Assembly: GCA_964016885.1 (NCBI GenBank)
Contig: OZ024747.1
Location: 16,864,001-16,928,000 of the forward strand
Length of the DNA: 64,000 nucleotides
Origin: Eledone cirrhosa
Lineage: Eukaryota
Direction: 5' to 3'
Numbering within the stretch: the first letter of the stretch is position 1; each line of letters opens with the position of its first letter. Shown piece by piece: positions 1-13,636 of the stretch. Made by a program: the position numbers and the translations under genes. The notes beneath the pieces were generated by a model. It ran no database searches and was not told where the DNA came from. It worked only from the letters and a program-made list of their open reading frames with translations.

Positions 1-256
1 TGTTATACTTGGGGAGGGTCATATTTGTGTAATATTGCCAGAATTAATAACAGAACACACTCACTGTTTGGTTGGTTTTCGCTTCTCGCTTCTGTGTCTT
101 TTATATCGGTAATCTAACTTACTCGATCCTCAATGTTGCCATTGACTGACCGACGGTCAAAAATAATACAGATACAATATAGACACAAACACATATATAT
201 AGTTTATCATAAATCTTTCGTTGCACATCTGCAACATCGTCAGTGGTGCTATCGTT
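1..256 (-). mobile_element. PLE-derived family A, inverted arm with HHR-like motif
   Basis: Near-identical to 50341-50595. Minus strand reads CUGACGA-U-GUUGCA(GAUG)UGCAAC-GAAA. Shares the end motif TGTTATACTT(G/T)GGGAGGGTCAT with family B. Confidence 0.7.
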
Positions 257-266
257 ATATATATAT

Positions 267-375
267 ACACTGGCGCACGGAACAGTGTGGCCACTGTCGC
301 CATTGAAATATATATCACAGCATTATTATTAAAGGACTTGAACAACTGAAATTACTTCGCTTTTCCTTATTCGAT
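267..375 (+). mobile_element. Family C fragment (3' half of HHR up to the inversion point)
   Basis: Matches 28868-28975. Contains GAAA-TATATA-TC-ACAGC. Flanked by (TA)n. Confidence 0.75.
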
Positions 376-1468
376 TATATATATACATATATATATATAC
401 GAAGGAAGCATATATATATATACGAAGTTGTGCTGCTCACCGCAAAATGTCAGTGACGCAAGCGCCTAGAGTTGCATATATATCTTAATCAATCTACGTA
501 TCCCTTTCATTATCTCTGTATTCATCAATCTAACTATTCCCTTCTAACCATGACTGTATATCGACTCACATTACGCAGGCGGTAAGTTGATAAAATGCGT
601 ATTAGAAGTATATAGATGAGAATTGAGTATGTTGTTTCTACTAGATAAAATAATACCAATATATTACTCTATATCAAAAATATCAATACATTATTTGCAT
701 CAGTGATGATATCAATACGAATATATTAATATATCAGATGATCAAGATATAGAAGAATCATCTAACTGCATCGACAGTATTGCACTATCATATTATTTGT
801 ATATAGACCAGGCAGAACCTACTGCCTATAACATATAACATCTCTGAAATGCTACTAGAATACGAATGAAAAAAAACATAGAATATATGAATTTGTAACA
901 TCTGTTTCAGATATAATTTATCTATTCAATATTCAATGTTATACCAAAAATTTTATTTGACGTAATGTCTAAAAAATATAGTATTTGATGATATATATCG
1001 TTTTCAATGAAAGCGAATCTGCACCTTGTTTTGCAAATAAATGTTTTACATAATATTTCTATGTATTATGTTACGTGAATACATTGACATAAATATGTGT
1101 TAATGTTATGTCTAAAATTCTTGCAATAATATAGAGTGATACGAATTATTTAAATATTCTTTAGTTTGACAAGACAGGATACTAGAAATTTATGTTATGG
1201 ATCAATGTTTAAAATGTCATGCTTTTATATAATATGTTGCTGTTTGAAAAGTGATTTCTCACACACAAAATATTACCTCTAAATAATAGGTGTAAAATAT
1301 GCCTATAGACAAACAGAAAACGCATCATTCATTATTTGAAATATCACTAGTAACGATATTGTCCATAATAAACTTTCATGCTTCTAAATATTCCCAAAGT
1401 ATTTCAGTGGCATGCCTATGATAAATATAGCGTATTATAATCCACAACACACAGATTATTTTAAACTG

Positions 1469-1550
1469 ACTCACCTGAGAAAATTGATTAGATTGTTGAT
1501 TGGAAATAAGTCTACACTTTAACTTACCTGTAATAAAATAAAATAAAAAC
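1469..1550 (-). other. Candidate recursive splice site with 53-nt RS-exon, or a micro-exon
   Basis: Minus strand: TTTTATTTTATTTTATTACAG|GTAAGT (junction 1528/1527), then CTAATCAATTTTCTCAG|GTGAGT (junction 1475/1474). Confidence 0.35.
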
Positions 1551-1709
1551 ACTTTATTAAATATATTAGAAGAAATATGAGGATTTCTATAATAGTATAT
1601 TTGAATACATATATCAAAATAAATATATAACTTATTTATATGTACGTGAGTGGGGCCATGTACAAACATACAGACACACACACACACGCACAAGTTCGTA
1701 CAGACACAC

Positions 1710-1780
<71 letters not shown>

Positions 1781-2999
1781 TGTATTATATATATATGCAT
1801 GTATAGAAGGCGATGAATTGGTAGGTAACATGTCACGCTGGGGTTCAATTTGTATTTCAATCTTTCGAGTTCGATAAATATAGCATCATTCCAGAACTGG
1901 TATCGATTACTCCTCTACATCTCTTTCACCAATCTTTTTTTCCTTTTTATAGAAGAACTCAACATTGTTCAGAGCTGTATGTATATATGCATGTATAAAT
2001 GTATGTATGTTTGCGTATATGCATGTATGCATATATTTTCTCCATTTCTCTCAACTTTAAGTTTATTTTTGACCGGTAACCTTCCCGGTGGCAAGGTTGT
2101 AAAGGAAGGAAATTGTCGTCGTCATTTTTCAGAGCGTTCATCTATGAACTGTAATAATATTTTTAAATTGTTAAGGTTCCAAATATCACGAATATTCTTA
2201 GCTTACGAATTAAAGAACGGAGTTCTTTGTCCACAAACCCAATCTCAGTTATACATTAGTCCAACCGGTTTGGCATATAAACTGTAGTTTTCATACGTGT
2301 ATAAACCTGAACGTGTATTTTGCATAGTGGATCTGCAAACCCTTCATCAATGTGACATAGATATCCACTTTCTCGTGCATATTGAGCACCACACTGATAA
2401 CGAGTGTGTAGCTAACATCTACAAGAAAACATCTTTATCTGCTTCTCCCTAAACAACCCTATTAGGCCGGCTGTTCTTTAACTTGGTGACAGGTTGTATT
2501 TTTAGTTTCCACCTGTATCCCTTTAAGCCACCAATATCAACACTTCCCTATTTGATTTGATTTTTGACTGTTTGTATGTACGTATGATATTTTTTATCGA
2601 CAAATTCGTTTACGTGTAATTAAATATTGTTCTAATAGAATTTAGATCTGATGCTTTGTCAATATCAGTATATTATTTCATTGGTGATCACTTCTCCGTA
2701 TGTTCTTTAACAAATTGTTTATTAGATGTTTCACTGAATATAACAAAAAAAACTAATCCAAAGATATATATCAGGTATATTATACAACACTTAGAATATA
2801 ATAAACACTTAGAATATAATAAACATTTACGTAAAACACTAGTCAGTTGTGACATATGTCTTATGGTTCGATTGTCAAATATATATAATCAGTATCTATC
2901 AATGTGTGTGTATATTTGTCTCTTTATATATGACATTATAAATATCAGCATGGATTCATTTAGAGATGCACAGTAGATAACGATATATATATATGTATA

Positions 3000-3221
3000 G
3001 ATAGTGGATGAGTGATACATGAGGATGGTGAGGATGGTTCTGAACATTAATCAGTACGCACTGAGGATGAAGAACACAGAGCTCTACGGGAACCTTACAA
3101 ATCATCTCGAATGTGACACAGAGGAGACTGAGGTTAGCTGGATATGTGCACCGACATTTAGAGCTGACACTGCATTCAATGGTCGTGTGGGAGCCCCTAC
3201 AGGTACATACTAGAAGAGACC
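3000..3221 (+). mobile_element. Degenerate RTE-clade LINE 3' fragment
   Basis: Homologous to 32763-32990 (MRMVRMVLNINQYALRMKNTELYG). Cut off by the family D array. Confidence 0.8.
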
Positions 3222-3675
3222 GTAATAACATCGAAACTAGTCCAATATTCCTGTCTGGCCCTCTGGAGAATAGAGGAAATGTGTTTCCTTGAAACCTCGT
3301 ATGACTCTAAAACCCGGTCCGTCTGTGTGGTTACATACAGACTAGCTGACACTCACTGTAAAGTGTCTAGTGAAAAAAACTGAGTACATGTACAGATGTA
3401 TACATGTGTGTATTTATATGCATACTAATACTTCCGTATACATATGTAGATGTACACTTTAACTTAATTGTTTAAGCGTCAGTCATACAAAAGTGAGTTA
3501 GAAGCGAAACGAAATTTAATTTCGTTTCGTTATTTGTTTTTATCGTTTCCGCTGAACCGGTGCGTACAATGACTCACGTTCTATGCAAATTAGTCTACCC
3601 ACTACTAATTTTCATAGAAAAAGCATATAACGATATGTGCTTTTACAATTCTCCAGAGAAGCCGGAAGATGGGTA

Positions 3676-3720
3676 AATATTGCTGATGAGATGTAATAAC
3701 ATCGAAACTAGTCCAATATT
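3676..3720 (+). ncRNA. Type I hammerhead ribozyme (family D, complete copy 1)
   Basis: Stem I AAUAUUG/CAAUAUU; CUGAUGA; stem II GAUGU-AAUA-ACAUC; GAAA; palindromic stem III (A)CUAG(U); GUC cleavage triplet, cut predicted after 3713. Confidence 0.9.
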
Positions 3721-4145
3721 CCTGTCTGGCCCTCTGGAGAATAGAGGAAATGTGTTTCCTTGAAACCTCGTATGACTCTAAAACCCGGTCCGTCTGTGTG
3801 GTTACATACAGACTAGCTGACACTCACCGTAAAGTGTCTAGTGAAAAAACTGAGTACATGTACAGATGTATACATGTGTGTATTTATATGCATACTAATA
3901 CTTCCGTATACATATGTAGATGTACACTTTAACTTAATTGTTTAAGCGTCAGTCATACAAAAGTGAGTTAGAAGCGAAACGAAATTTAATTTCGTTTCGT
4001 TATTTGTTTTTATCGTTTCCGCTGAACCGGTGCGTACAATGACTCCCGTTCTATGCAAATTAGTCTACCCACTACTAATTTTCATAGAAAAAGCATATAA
4101 CGATATGTGCTTTTACAATTCTCCAGAGAATCCGGAAGATGGGTA

Positions 4146-4190
4146 AATATTGCTGATGAGATGTAATAACATCGAAACTAGTCCAATATT
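4146..4190 (+). ncRNA. Type I hammerhead ribozyme (family D, complete copy 2)
   Basis: Same sequence as 3676-3720. Confidence 0.9.
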
Positions 4191-4476
4191 CCTGTCTGGC
4201 CCTCTGGAGAATAGAGGAAATGTGTTTCCTTGAAACCTCGTATGACTCTAAAACCCGGTCCGTCTGTGTGGTTACATACAGACTAGCTGACACTCACTGT
4301 AAAGTGTCTAGTGAAAAAACTGAGTACATGTACAGATGTATACATGTGTGTATTTATATGCATACTAATACTTCCGTATACATATGTAGATGTACACTTT
4401 AACTTAATTGTTTAAGCGTCAGTCATACAAAAGTGAGTTAGAAGCGAAACGAAATTTAATTTCGTTTCGTTATTTG

Positions 4477-4512
<36 letters not shown>

Positions 4513-4521
4513 TATATATAT

Positions 4522-4696
4522 ATGTTTGTGCCAGATGGTATTTGTTCGAAATCATTAGACGTGTCCGTCGAACCTGCAGATCCAGAATCAGACAGATCCA
4601 CACAATGATCGTGTCTCGAGCTGTCCGCCGGTGAAACAATTGTAACACACAATAAATTCAGTTCAGATGCATCACTGATTTTTCGTTTTATATTAC

Positions 4697-4700
<4 letters not shown>
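4522..4700 (+). mobile_element. Family H PLE-like fragment with HHR-like fold (shortened core)
   Basis: Reverse complement matches 52885-53035. Reads GUGU-CUCGA-GCUG..CGGU-GAAA-CAAUUG-UA-ACAC. Flanked by (TA)n. Confidence 0.6.
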
Positions 4701-4742
<42 letters not shown>

Positions 4743-4989
4743 GTTGTTACACAACAGTTAGTTTACCATACCGAGAACAATTGTTTCACCGTAGCGGATC
4801 CTCAGCACGTAATGGGCATGGTTAAACGGAGCAGGAAGGAGAACCGTACGAACGCGCATGCGCAGAAACCCGTCACTTCACACAGGCAATACTAAAATGC
4901 GTGCGAGAGGTGTAAGGGAGATAACTGCGAAAGTCCGAAAAGTTTTTAGTTGATAAGAAAAAAATATTGATGTTGTTACAATAATTCAT

Positions 4990-5382
4990 TCAATCCGGGG
5001 CTTTGTAGTTATGCAATAGGTGTTTCGAGACGTGTGGACAACGTGTGAAAAACTCATTTCTCGTGTTTAGGCATTCACTATTGCATAATCTCTTTAGAAT
5101 ATTTATTCCTTCGTCAATACACAGTCCACACGACGGATGTCCCCTTGCGTATGGCTTGGACCTAGTAATGGCTTTCCATTGAATGGAGTAGTCTATACTT
5201 GAGACCTTGAGTGACCATACGTGGCTCGCGAGTTTCGTGGATGGACATCTGTCCAGGTACCTAAAGGTCGACTGATGGTTCAGGAAACTTTCCTTAAATC
5301 CGCCCTCCGACATGTCCACATAGGATTTGACCTCCTGTGGTTGGTTTGGTCGGTTGGAAGTGACTACAGCAGTGCAACACAC
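4990..5382 (-). pseudogene. PLE (Neptune-like) GIY-YIG endonuclease C-terminal part
   Basis: SYVDMSEGGFKESFLNHQSTF..TKLASHVWSLK..IQWKAI..CGLCIDE..LNTRNEFFTRCPH fits the Neptune EN pattern YIG..FK.R..NH..T.LS..W.LK..C.LC..E..LN.R.E..C.H. The forward copy reads YVGMSEGGFKER. Confidence 0.85.
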
Positions 5383-5733
5383 CAGCTGTAATTTATGAAG
5401 CTGTGGTCACTTCCAACCGACCAAACCAACCTCAGGCGGTCAAATCATATGTGGGCATGTCGGAGGGCGGATTTAAGGAACGTTTCCTGAACCATCAGTC
5501 GACCTTTAGGTACCCAGACAGACATTCACCATGACTACAAAGCTCTGGATTGAATAACATTTTGTAAGAACATCAATATTTTTTTCTTATCAACTAAAAA
5601 CTTTTAGGACTTTCGCAGTTATATCCCTTACAACTCTCGCACGCATTTTAGTATTGCCTGTTTGAAGTGACGGGTTTCTGCGCATGCGCGTTCGTACGGT
5701 TGTCCTTCCTGTTCCGTATAACCATGCCCATTA

Positions 5734-5771
5734 CGAGCTGAGGATCCGCTCAGGTGAAACAATTGTTCTCG
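5734..5771 (+). ncRNA. Type I hammerhead (family I; antisense twin at ~4771-4810)
   Basis: CGAG / CUGAGGA / short stem II CC(G)..(C)GG / GAAA / CAAUUG palindrome / UU / CUCG. Confidence 0.8.
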
Positions 5772-5868
5772 GTATGGTGAACTAACTGCTGTGTAACCAC
5801 TTCTACTAGCTCGTCCCATAGACTGAGTGCTCTACCACTACGGATATTACCTTCCAGTGTTCTACCAT

Positions 5869-5900
<32 letters not shown>

Positions 5901-8900
5901 CATATATACGTATGTGCATGCGTATGTATGTCTATGTGTGGAGTGTGTGTTTGCATACATGTGTGCGTATGAGCGTATGTAGGAGTGTGTATGTATATGT
6001 GAGTATAACGTTTATCCCTCTCTTATGCAATGTTCACCGTTTATGTGTTTTACACAATTATGTGAATTGCTTTGCTGATAATTCCTTCGATTGTCCATTG
6101 AATCCCGATAGATACGGCCGCCTATTCTTCGAGCCAAAAAGGGAGCAACTATGTGATCATCCGCATCCGTTCAGTTAGAAATAACAGATTATTTTAACTA
6201 CAGTCACATTTTCTTTTCTTAGTGATAGATGGAATTGTCAATCCAGGATTAATACGAATTTAACAAGAACAAAATAAGAACAATCTTATCGCAAAAAATA
6301 TATTCACCCCCGAAAACAACACCATATGGCGCATAGTTTCCAATGAGAAGTTTTTAAATGTTTTTCTCTTTTCGGAATTACCCAACCTCTATATTATTTT
6401 TTACTGTTTTTATGCTTTATTACCTTCGTGGAAATTTCGCCAACATTCCATTAATTCAAAACTATCCTAACGATGCCATTCGAATGGCTAATGAAAATTT
6501 ATTGTATTGTAAAATTACGCAAAGTACGGTATACTTCTTCGCTCATTTGAATTGTATATGTCTTTTCATCTCTTTTCATTTAAAGGCATAAAAGACAACC
6601 AACATCATTAAATTGTTTGAATGTCCAATTCAGGCTTATACAGATTTAATCACTCTCATTACTTGCAAGAATAAACACTGACAGTGATTTACAAACGCCT
6701 CATGACAGCTTTATTTCATTTCTACATACAATACTATGTCAGCAAACACAAATATACTAAACAGATAAATGTGATCTTACACTTTGAGACAGAAGTTCGT
6801 AGTTAGTATAGATGTCATTACGTATTTACTGAAGGTCATTTATCAGTATTACTTCAGTTATAAATGAAGTATATTGGTAGAAACGTATCCCACTCCCATC
6901 TCAATACAAATCTTATTGAGATAGACCCGGCATTCCATCTCACGGTAGTGTTTGGAATTAATGCAGATAAAATACTTAGATCAATTAAATTAACTCAAAA
7001 CATTTTCTTTGTGCCAAATCCAAGATTATTAATGCTATTATGTTTGAATTGTTTAAGTATTAAGAGAAAATTGGATAGAATTCATCATCACAACATCACC
7101 ATAACTAAAATACTCAATATATTCATCATCATCCTTGTCATCATCATTGTTGTTATCATTGCTATTTACATAATTGGATTCTCAGAATCATTGTGCCATC
7201 GAACAAAATCCTTTCCTGTATTTATTCTAGCTAATAATGTTGACAGTTCAAATCCCACAATCGTAAACTTTGTCATATTTCCTTGCAGGGCAGATAGACT
7301 AAATTATTTGTCTATTAGTATTTCGGTTCACTAGTTTGGTAATAGTGAGAGTTAGAATTTAGTTGTTATTTAGAAAAAGATTTCTCTCTCTAAAACAGTT
7401 TGACATCAAAACATCCAGTGCCAAATAGGCTTAACGCCAAATCGACTTCACCGAATCAGCAGTGCTTAATCGATTGCGTCAATGCGTTAAATACGGTCGT
7501 AGGCTGGCATAAAGTCCTAGTTGACGGTATTTGCTTTCGGTGTCTCAAGGTAGTCCGGATTTTTTTTTTTTTTTTAAATCCAAACTATATACGGTTTAGA
7601 TTTGCAGAAATAATAGAGCATCGAACAAAATGTCTTGCACTATTGGTTTCAGGTCCTTACATACTGAGATCAAGTCAACCCGAAGTCATATTTAACTTTC
7701 ATCATTCTAGAATCAATAGCATATAGTACTAATCAAAATTGCTTGGTTTTTGCCGAAATTAGAAAACCTTATGATGATGGGCGTTGTATAGGAAACAGAC
7801 ATAGCTCTGGAATATAAAGATCTACAAGTTGGCCTTGTGACAATCCAATAAGCCATTTTTATTATTTCTGTTTAAATTTACTCAGTATTCATAATATTTC
7901 CCTATGGATTTATAAAATAGCAATAATAAATACAAGACACGATGTAAATGAGGATACTCTTTCCCATAAATATATTTCATTGTTGAAAAGTTTGAGACAC
8001 TATATTTAATACCGTCAACTTCGCCAAAACAGAATATTGTCTGTTTTCAGCTTTATCTCAATTAGGAAGCGAATGTCGAAGTTGATCTATTTCTAATATA
8101 TTTTTCTTTCATTCATTTTTTTTGTATTTGTGTTTATCAGGAATTGTGATGAAATTGTAAGTAAATGTTGACAGCTGTCCGAACACCTACCACGATTATG
8201 ATAAAGTATATATCTAATGTTTATTTCGGAAATATTTTAGAATATTCCGATGTGTAAGAAATTTATTTTTCTCCGAACAATTACTTGAATGGTCAACATA
8301 TGAATTTAAAACGTCATCTGCGAATGCAATAACCATTCTTAGATATATATATATTTAAGCATCAAAACAAAATATCAAAGAAATATCTTAAAACAACAAT
8401 AAGGTTTTTACCTTATTGTATATCCATATATCACACGTTTTCTTTGTAAAATAAATTGTATACACACCATGAATGGTTGTTATCAATAAAGATATGGCAT
8501 ACAGCATAACACTATATCTAAATTGTTTGACTTGGAGATGTTACCTTGAACGCTAACGATATTATATGAACTCGTTTGTGGTGTACCATTTCCTTTGTAC
8601 ATAATTTATATTCACACCATTCATGTGTCCTTCAATAAAAGTTACTAAGTATGGCGTTCCATTAAAACATAATTTGACATTTTATTCGTAGATAACGGAA
8701 AATATTTTATTAAGGTAACAGACAAACCTCTCCCCAATATAGGAAATGAATCGAACAATGTGTCAGGCATTCGTGGGAGAGATACAGTATATTAAATATA
8801 CACAAATATTTCTTATGATAAGTTTGAACGAGCATTTGAGAGGCTATCAGGGTTACTGATGCTTTACTGAAAGCGGAAAACGTGTATCGGTGAGATAATC

Positions 8901-9159
8901 GGGCACGCTGAGACAGATGTGACGAATTACGTCAAGTTCTTGCAACAAAGTAATGTCACCTGGAGACATTAATGCAAGTGAATGATTACAGCTAGCATTC
9001 AAAACATTGTGTTTATGATTACGTATATTTTTTTCAGTGACTAGGTTTTGTTCTCACCTTTATCTGGTCGAATTATTCCTCCTAGTACTGACTCGATATC
9101 GAGTGGATGTATTTGGTTCACTAGTTATTTAATTGAATCTAGCTATCTAGTATCTGCAA

Positions 9160-9760
9160 TCTTACAGAAGTGGTGACGAAGAAAACTGGTGCAATGTCGA
9201 TCTCAATTGAACAAATAGAGGGACTCCTTCAACGTCAACAGGTAAATTTTGAATCAGCACAATTTAATCTAAGAGGATTACTAACAGAAATGTTATCAAT
9301 CAAACGAAACAGTAACATAACACAGTCAATGTCTAATTTAATTACGAAATTTATTTTGACCCAGTTGCAGATATTAATTTCGATTTGGGGTTTTCATGTT
9401 TTAAGATATTTTTCGAGTAGACTATTCTAATATTGATTATCCAACTGAAGTCAGATCGTTATTGGCAACAGTTGGAACTAACCCACATAACAAACATATT
9501 AACAATATTATTCTAAGAAACCCTGGAGATATCAGATTTCACATAACTATTTAAATATCGAGAAAGAGCTTAGTGCGTTTTCTGTTTTGCTTAACATTAT
9601 ATATACTTGTTTTAAGATTAACAAGCCAGGACAGTTGTGGTGGTAGTCGTGAACCGGGAATTTCGATCTACATTCTTTAACTGACAATCAGTTTAAGTGT
9701 GTCATTATGGGGAGGATATACAGTCACCAGTGGATACAGATTACGGCGCTAAACCATTAT
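9160..9760 (+). pseudogene. Highly decayed Gypsy/Ty3 (K02A2.6-like) gag remnant preceded by a PBS-like motif
   Basis: TGGTGACGAAG at ~9171 follows ..TTACA. Frame-hopping translation gives MSISIEQIEGLLQRQQ..FYFDPVADINFD..RVDYSNID..VRSLL..VNRE..LTDNQFKC..QSPVD, which resembles Gypsy gag (recognised from memory). Confidence 0.6.
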
Positions 9761-11706
9761 AAGAGTTGGTGCGAGATGAGTAAAATGCAAGCCAGGGAAA
9801 AGCACCACAAGCTAATAAACGTAAAGTTCGATAAGACATCATTGACACGACTGACATGTTTTCAGTTTTCGATAGGGTAAATTAAGTAAGAACCACTAAT
9901 CCTAAATCATTACAGAGTTCTATCGACAGACTTAAAAGAACCGAGAACGTTTTGTATCATAGGTGTGCTGAATGTGAGAGAATCCGGCGTTTAACGACGT
10001 CTACAAAAAGCTGTAAAAAAATATCTTAGAAGTCTCTATATTCCTAAATTATGTAACATCAGCAAATAAAGTTGCATTATATTCCTGCATGTAAAGAGAA
10101 TATATTCGTCTTACTAACTTGATAAAAATGTGTTTACTCATCGTGTTATTCGCTAATTCAGAAAGGAATTGCGCACAGTTAATTGAATATAATTCCATAT
10201 TGAACCATTTCCTACTATACACTAAGTCATTTATCTAACATACATCATTTTGTAGTCAGCTAAAGAATCTGGAATTACGATAGATATATCATATATTTAT
10301 TTCACATATTAGGATAGCCTATTACTATTAACACTTCTTTGATTACGGAAGATAACATCTTAGTAACAGATTGACAGGCTTCGATAACAATAGATACGAT
10401 TTAACAAACTATTGGAACCAATTAGTTTGACCATGTACCTGAATCTGGGAAAGATAACTGCAGTTATGTAATTGCTGATATGCAAATATGGTAGCATTAT
10501 ATTTTCTGCTGAATATTGGCAGACAGAATTCAGTTCGATAATATAATTTGGTTAACGGCATGTTTTAAATTAACGTCAGCATATGTTTTATTGGAAATGA
10601 TACAATCTAGACATATCGAAGGATATCCGCTAATGCTTTACTCTAAAGACAATTATACATGTTGCACAAAATGTTTAGTAGATATTCATCCTATGCTATG
10701 TTGACCTAAACCTTCAGTGTTCGGTTATTTAGAGGAACATTAATGCAGTCTGTTAAAATTTTGCAATATATGGATACTGTGTTGATTATATAACAAATAC
10801 ATTTCACGTTGGAAACCTAAGCTTTATAAATGCCCAAATTAGAATGCTATGTACAAACGGAATATTTCAAAATAAAAATGTATCACGGTTAAGTGTACAA
10901 CCATCGAGAATCATTCGCGAGGATGCAGAAAACTCCTAGAAAATATTTATGAAATGTCAACCAACTGACTGTATTAAAAAGCAATAAATAGACATTTTTA
11001 TTGTTTTAATGCGAATATTATTTTGAATATTCATTCCTATTTTGTTTTCTGTATAGCCTTTTTTTTCTAACAATGCTATTATTTGTAACTGTAAGATTAG
11101 ATTTAGAAGCATGCTGTGTTATATTTCTGACGCGTACATAATATATACAGTATTATATATGCAGTATTATTGTTGGGTTTTGTATATTTACTATGAAAAT
11201 AAGAATATCGGTCTTTATAATTGAATTCTATAGTACATTGATTTCTAATTTAATCACAATGCGAACAATTTTGAGGCAAGTGCATATTAAATTCAATCAA
11301 CGCCAAGACTTTTATTTATCGACAGCGGAAGATGGAAATACATGTTCAACTCAGCCGGATTTGAACTCGGTATTTAAAGCACCAGACATACCGAAATATA
11401 ATTATATACGAGATTATACCTATTCTGCTAATCCAACAATTCTTTACACAATAAAACTGTACATATGAATGGATAAATACAACAAAATGGCGGTGGACAA
11501 TGCATTGATTGGGAAACGTTACAAACACTATCTATATCAGTATTTTTAGTTGTTCAGATCTAAAACTTTTGGGTCGATAGTATAAAGAGCAAATCCTCTG
11601 CATGGCTTTATGTGCGCTTAATAAAATTTGTCTATTTTCCATATTTTTCACATTTCCTTTGTTGTTGAAACACATGTACGAGTAATAAATATATCTTAAA
11701 TTTAAA

Positions 11707-12156
<450 letters not shown>

Positions 12157-12522
12157 GAGACGTGACTAGAAGCTAAGATACGTCATTTCGTAACGTTATT
12201 TAACGATTTGAATTGTTCGCTATTTCCTGACACCGTATAACTTTTTATTCATACAAGCCGTTTTGAAAACCGAAAAAATCTCTGATAAGCATTTTGTTTC
12301 GATATCACCCTATTATTTCTATATTCACTATAATCACTATATGTGTTTGTTTGATTTTTTTTATTTCTATTGGAACGAATTCAAGTTATTTAATAGTTTA
12401 TGTTATATATGGTTTAGGAGAAGTGATCATTCATAATAATTTCTTCTTCACGATATTATTCATATTATTCTTATTAAAGACATTTCATTTCTTCTTTTTC
12501 TTCTTCTTTTTATTATTGAATA

Positions 12523-12745
12523 GGACGGTGGATTGGCAGTATCGGAAGAGAGTCGGAAGCCATGCTTTGCAGCATAGAGTTCTGCCCGTTTATGATCTGA
12601 GTTCAAATCATGCCGAGGTTAACTTTGCCTTTCATCCTTACGGGGTCGATAAAATAAAGTATCCGTCAGGCACACTGAGGTCGATTTAATCGACTTGCCT
12701 CTCTTCCAAAATTGCTGACCTTGTCTCTAAAATAGAAATAATTAT
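12523..12745 (+). mobile_element. tRNA-derived SINE with Meta-like central domain
   Basis: A-box TGGCAGTATCGG, B-box GAGTTCAAATC, core GCCTTTCATCCTTACGGGGTCGATAAAAT. Many copies in the window. Confidence 0.85.
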
Positions 12746-13214
12746 TATTATTGAATAGTGAGGTAGAAGCATGTTTTCGGCTCTCAAACATTTTCTAAAA
12801 TTTATTTATTACATCGGTTCTAACCTTTTGTTTAAGCTCCTGAATTAGACGAAGGTGCAGAAGAGTCACCCTTCTCTTTGTAGGTGGGAGTATCTGCCAC
12901 GACACCATTTAGTTGGTTTCGTGATATCGGCATTTTAAATGATTTAGTTTTTATCGCAGTCAAAACTTTTAACATGGATACCTCAAGAGGAAAATGAGAG
13001 AGCAATAGTACATCACATAGAGAGGCGGACGGGGTTTTCCCTACCAAAGTGAAAATATATGTAATATAAGCATCTGCCATTCAGCAGAGGAAATATGAAA
13101 AAAAAAACACAAAGCAACAACTATATTTCAAACAATACGGCTTTAAATAACGAAAGCTGCTTGAATATTTATAGCAACAATAAAACAAAAATAAGAACAG
13201 CGATAAGAACAACA

Positions 13215-13425
13215 GTATCAGTAAAGCGTTGGACACCATGCTGCACGGTACAGAGTTACGGCCCGTTACGTTCTGATTTCAAATCCCGCTAAGCTAGCTT
13301 TGCCTTTCATCCTTACGGGGTCTATAAAGTAAAGCACCAGTATTGCACTGGGCTCAATTTAATCGACTGCCCCCCCCAAAAAAAAAAAAGAAAGAATTAC
13401 TGCCCTTGTATATAATGTAGAAATC
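13215..13425 (+). mobile_element. tRNA-derived SINE (same family, diverged)
   Basis: TTCAAATCCCGC..GCCTTTCATCCTTACGGGGTCTATAAAG..CACCAGT. Confidence 0.8.
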
Positions 13426-13603
13426 ATCATCATTATTATTATTATTGTTATTGATGTTATTTATGTTGTTGATGGTATTGTTGCATTGCTATGCTTTGTA
13501 TTATTATTATCCTGACTTTTACTGCAATTATTAGTATCACTATCATTAATACTATTCTTATTATCGTCATCCTTTTTACTACAACTATTAGGTAAATTAT
13601 AAT

Positions 13604-13636
<33 letters not shown>

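Larger units (their letters stand above)
3222..4482 (+). repeat. Family D: ~2.7 tandem copies of a 470-nt ORF-less unit, one HHR per unit (retrozyme-like)
   Basis: GTAATAACATCGAAACTAG recurs at 3222, 3693 and 4163. Copies differ at only a few bases. The array ends in (TA)n. Confidence 0.92.
4738..5868 (+). mobile_element. Neptune-type Penelope-like element (family I): inverted arm 4738-5385, internally deleted forward arm ~5405-5805, 3' tail 5806-5868
   Basis: Arms are inverted homologues. GIY-YIG remnant in the inverted arm and an HHR in both arms. (TA)n on both sides. Confidence 0.88.

Noticed and set aside
6864-7334. 156-aa ORF with a hydrophobic, TM-like stretch
   Set aside because: The hydrophobic run comes from (ATC)/(ATT) repeats and the remainder overlaps an old SINE.
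12832-13080. 82-aa minus-strand ORF of ordinary composition
   Set aside because: No recognisable domain and no convincing splice signals.
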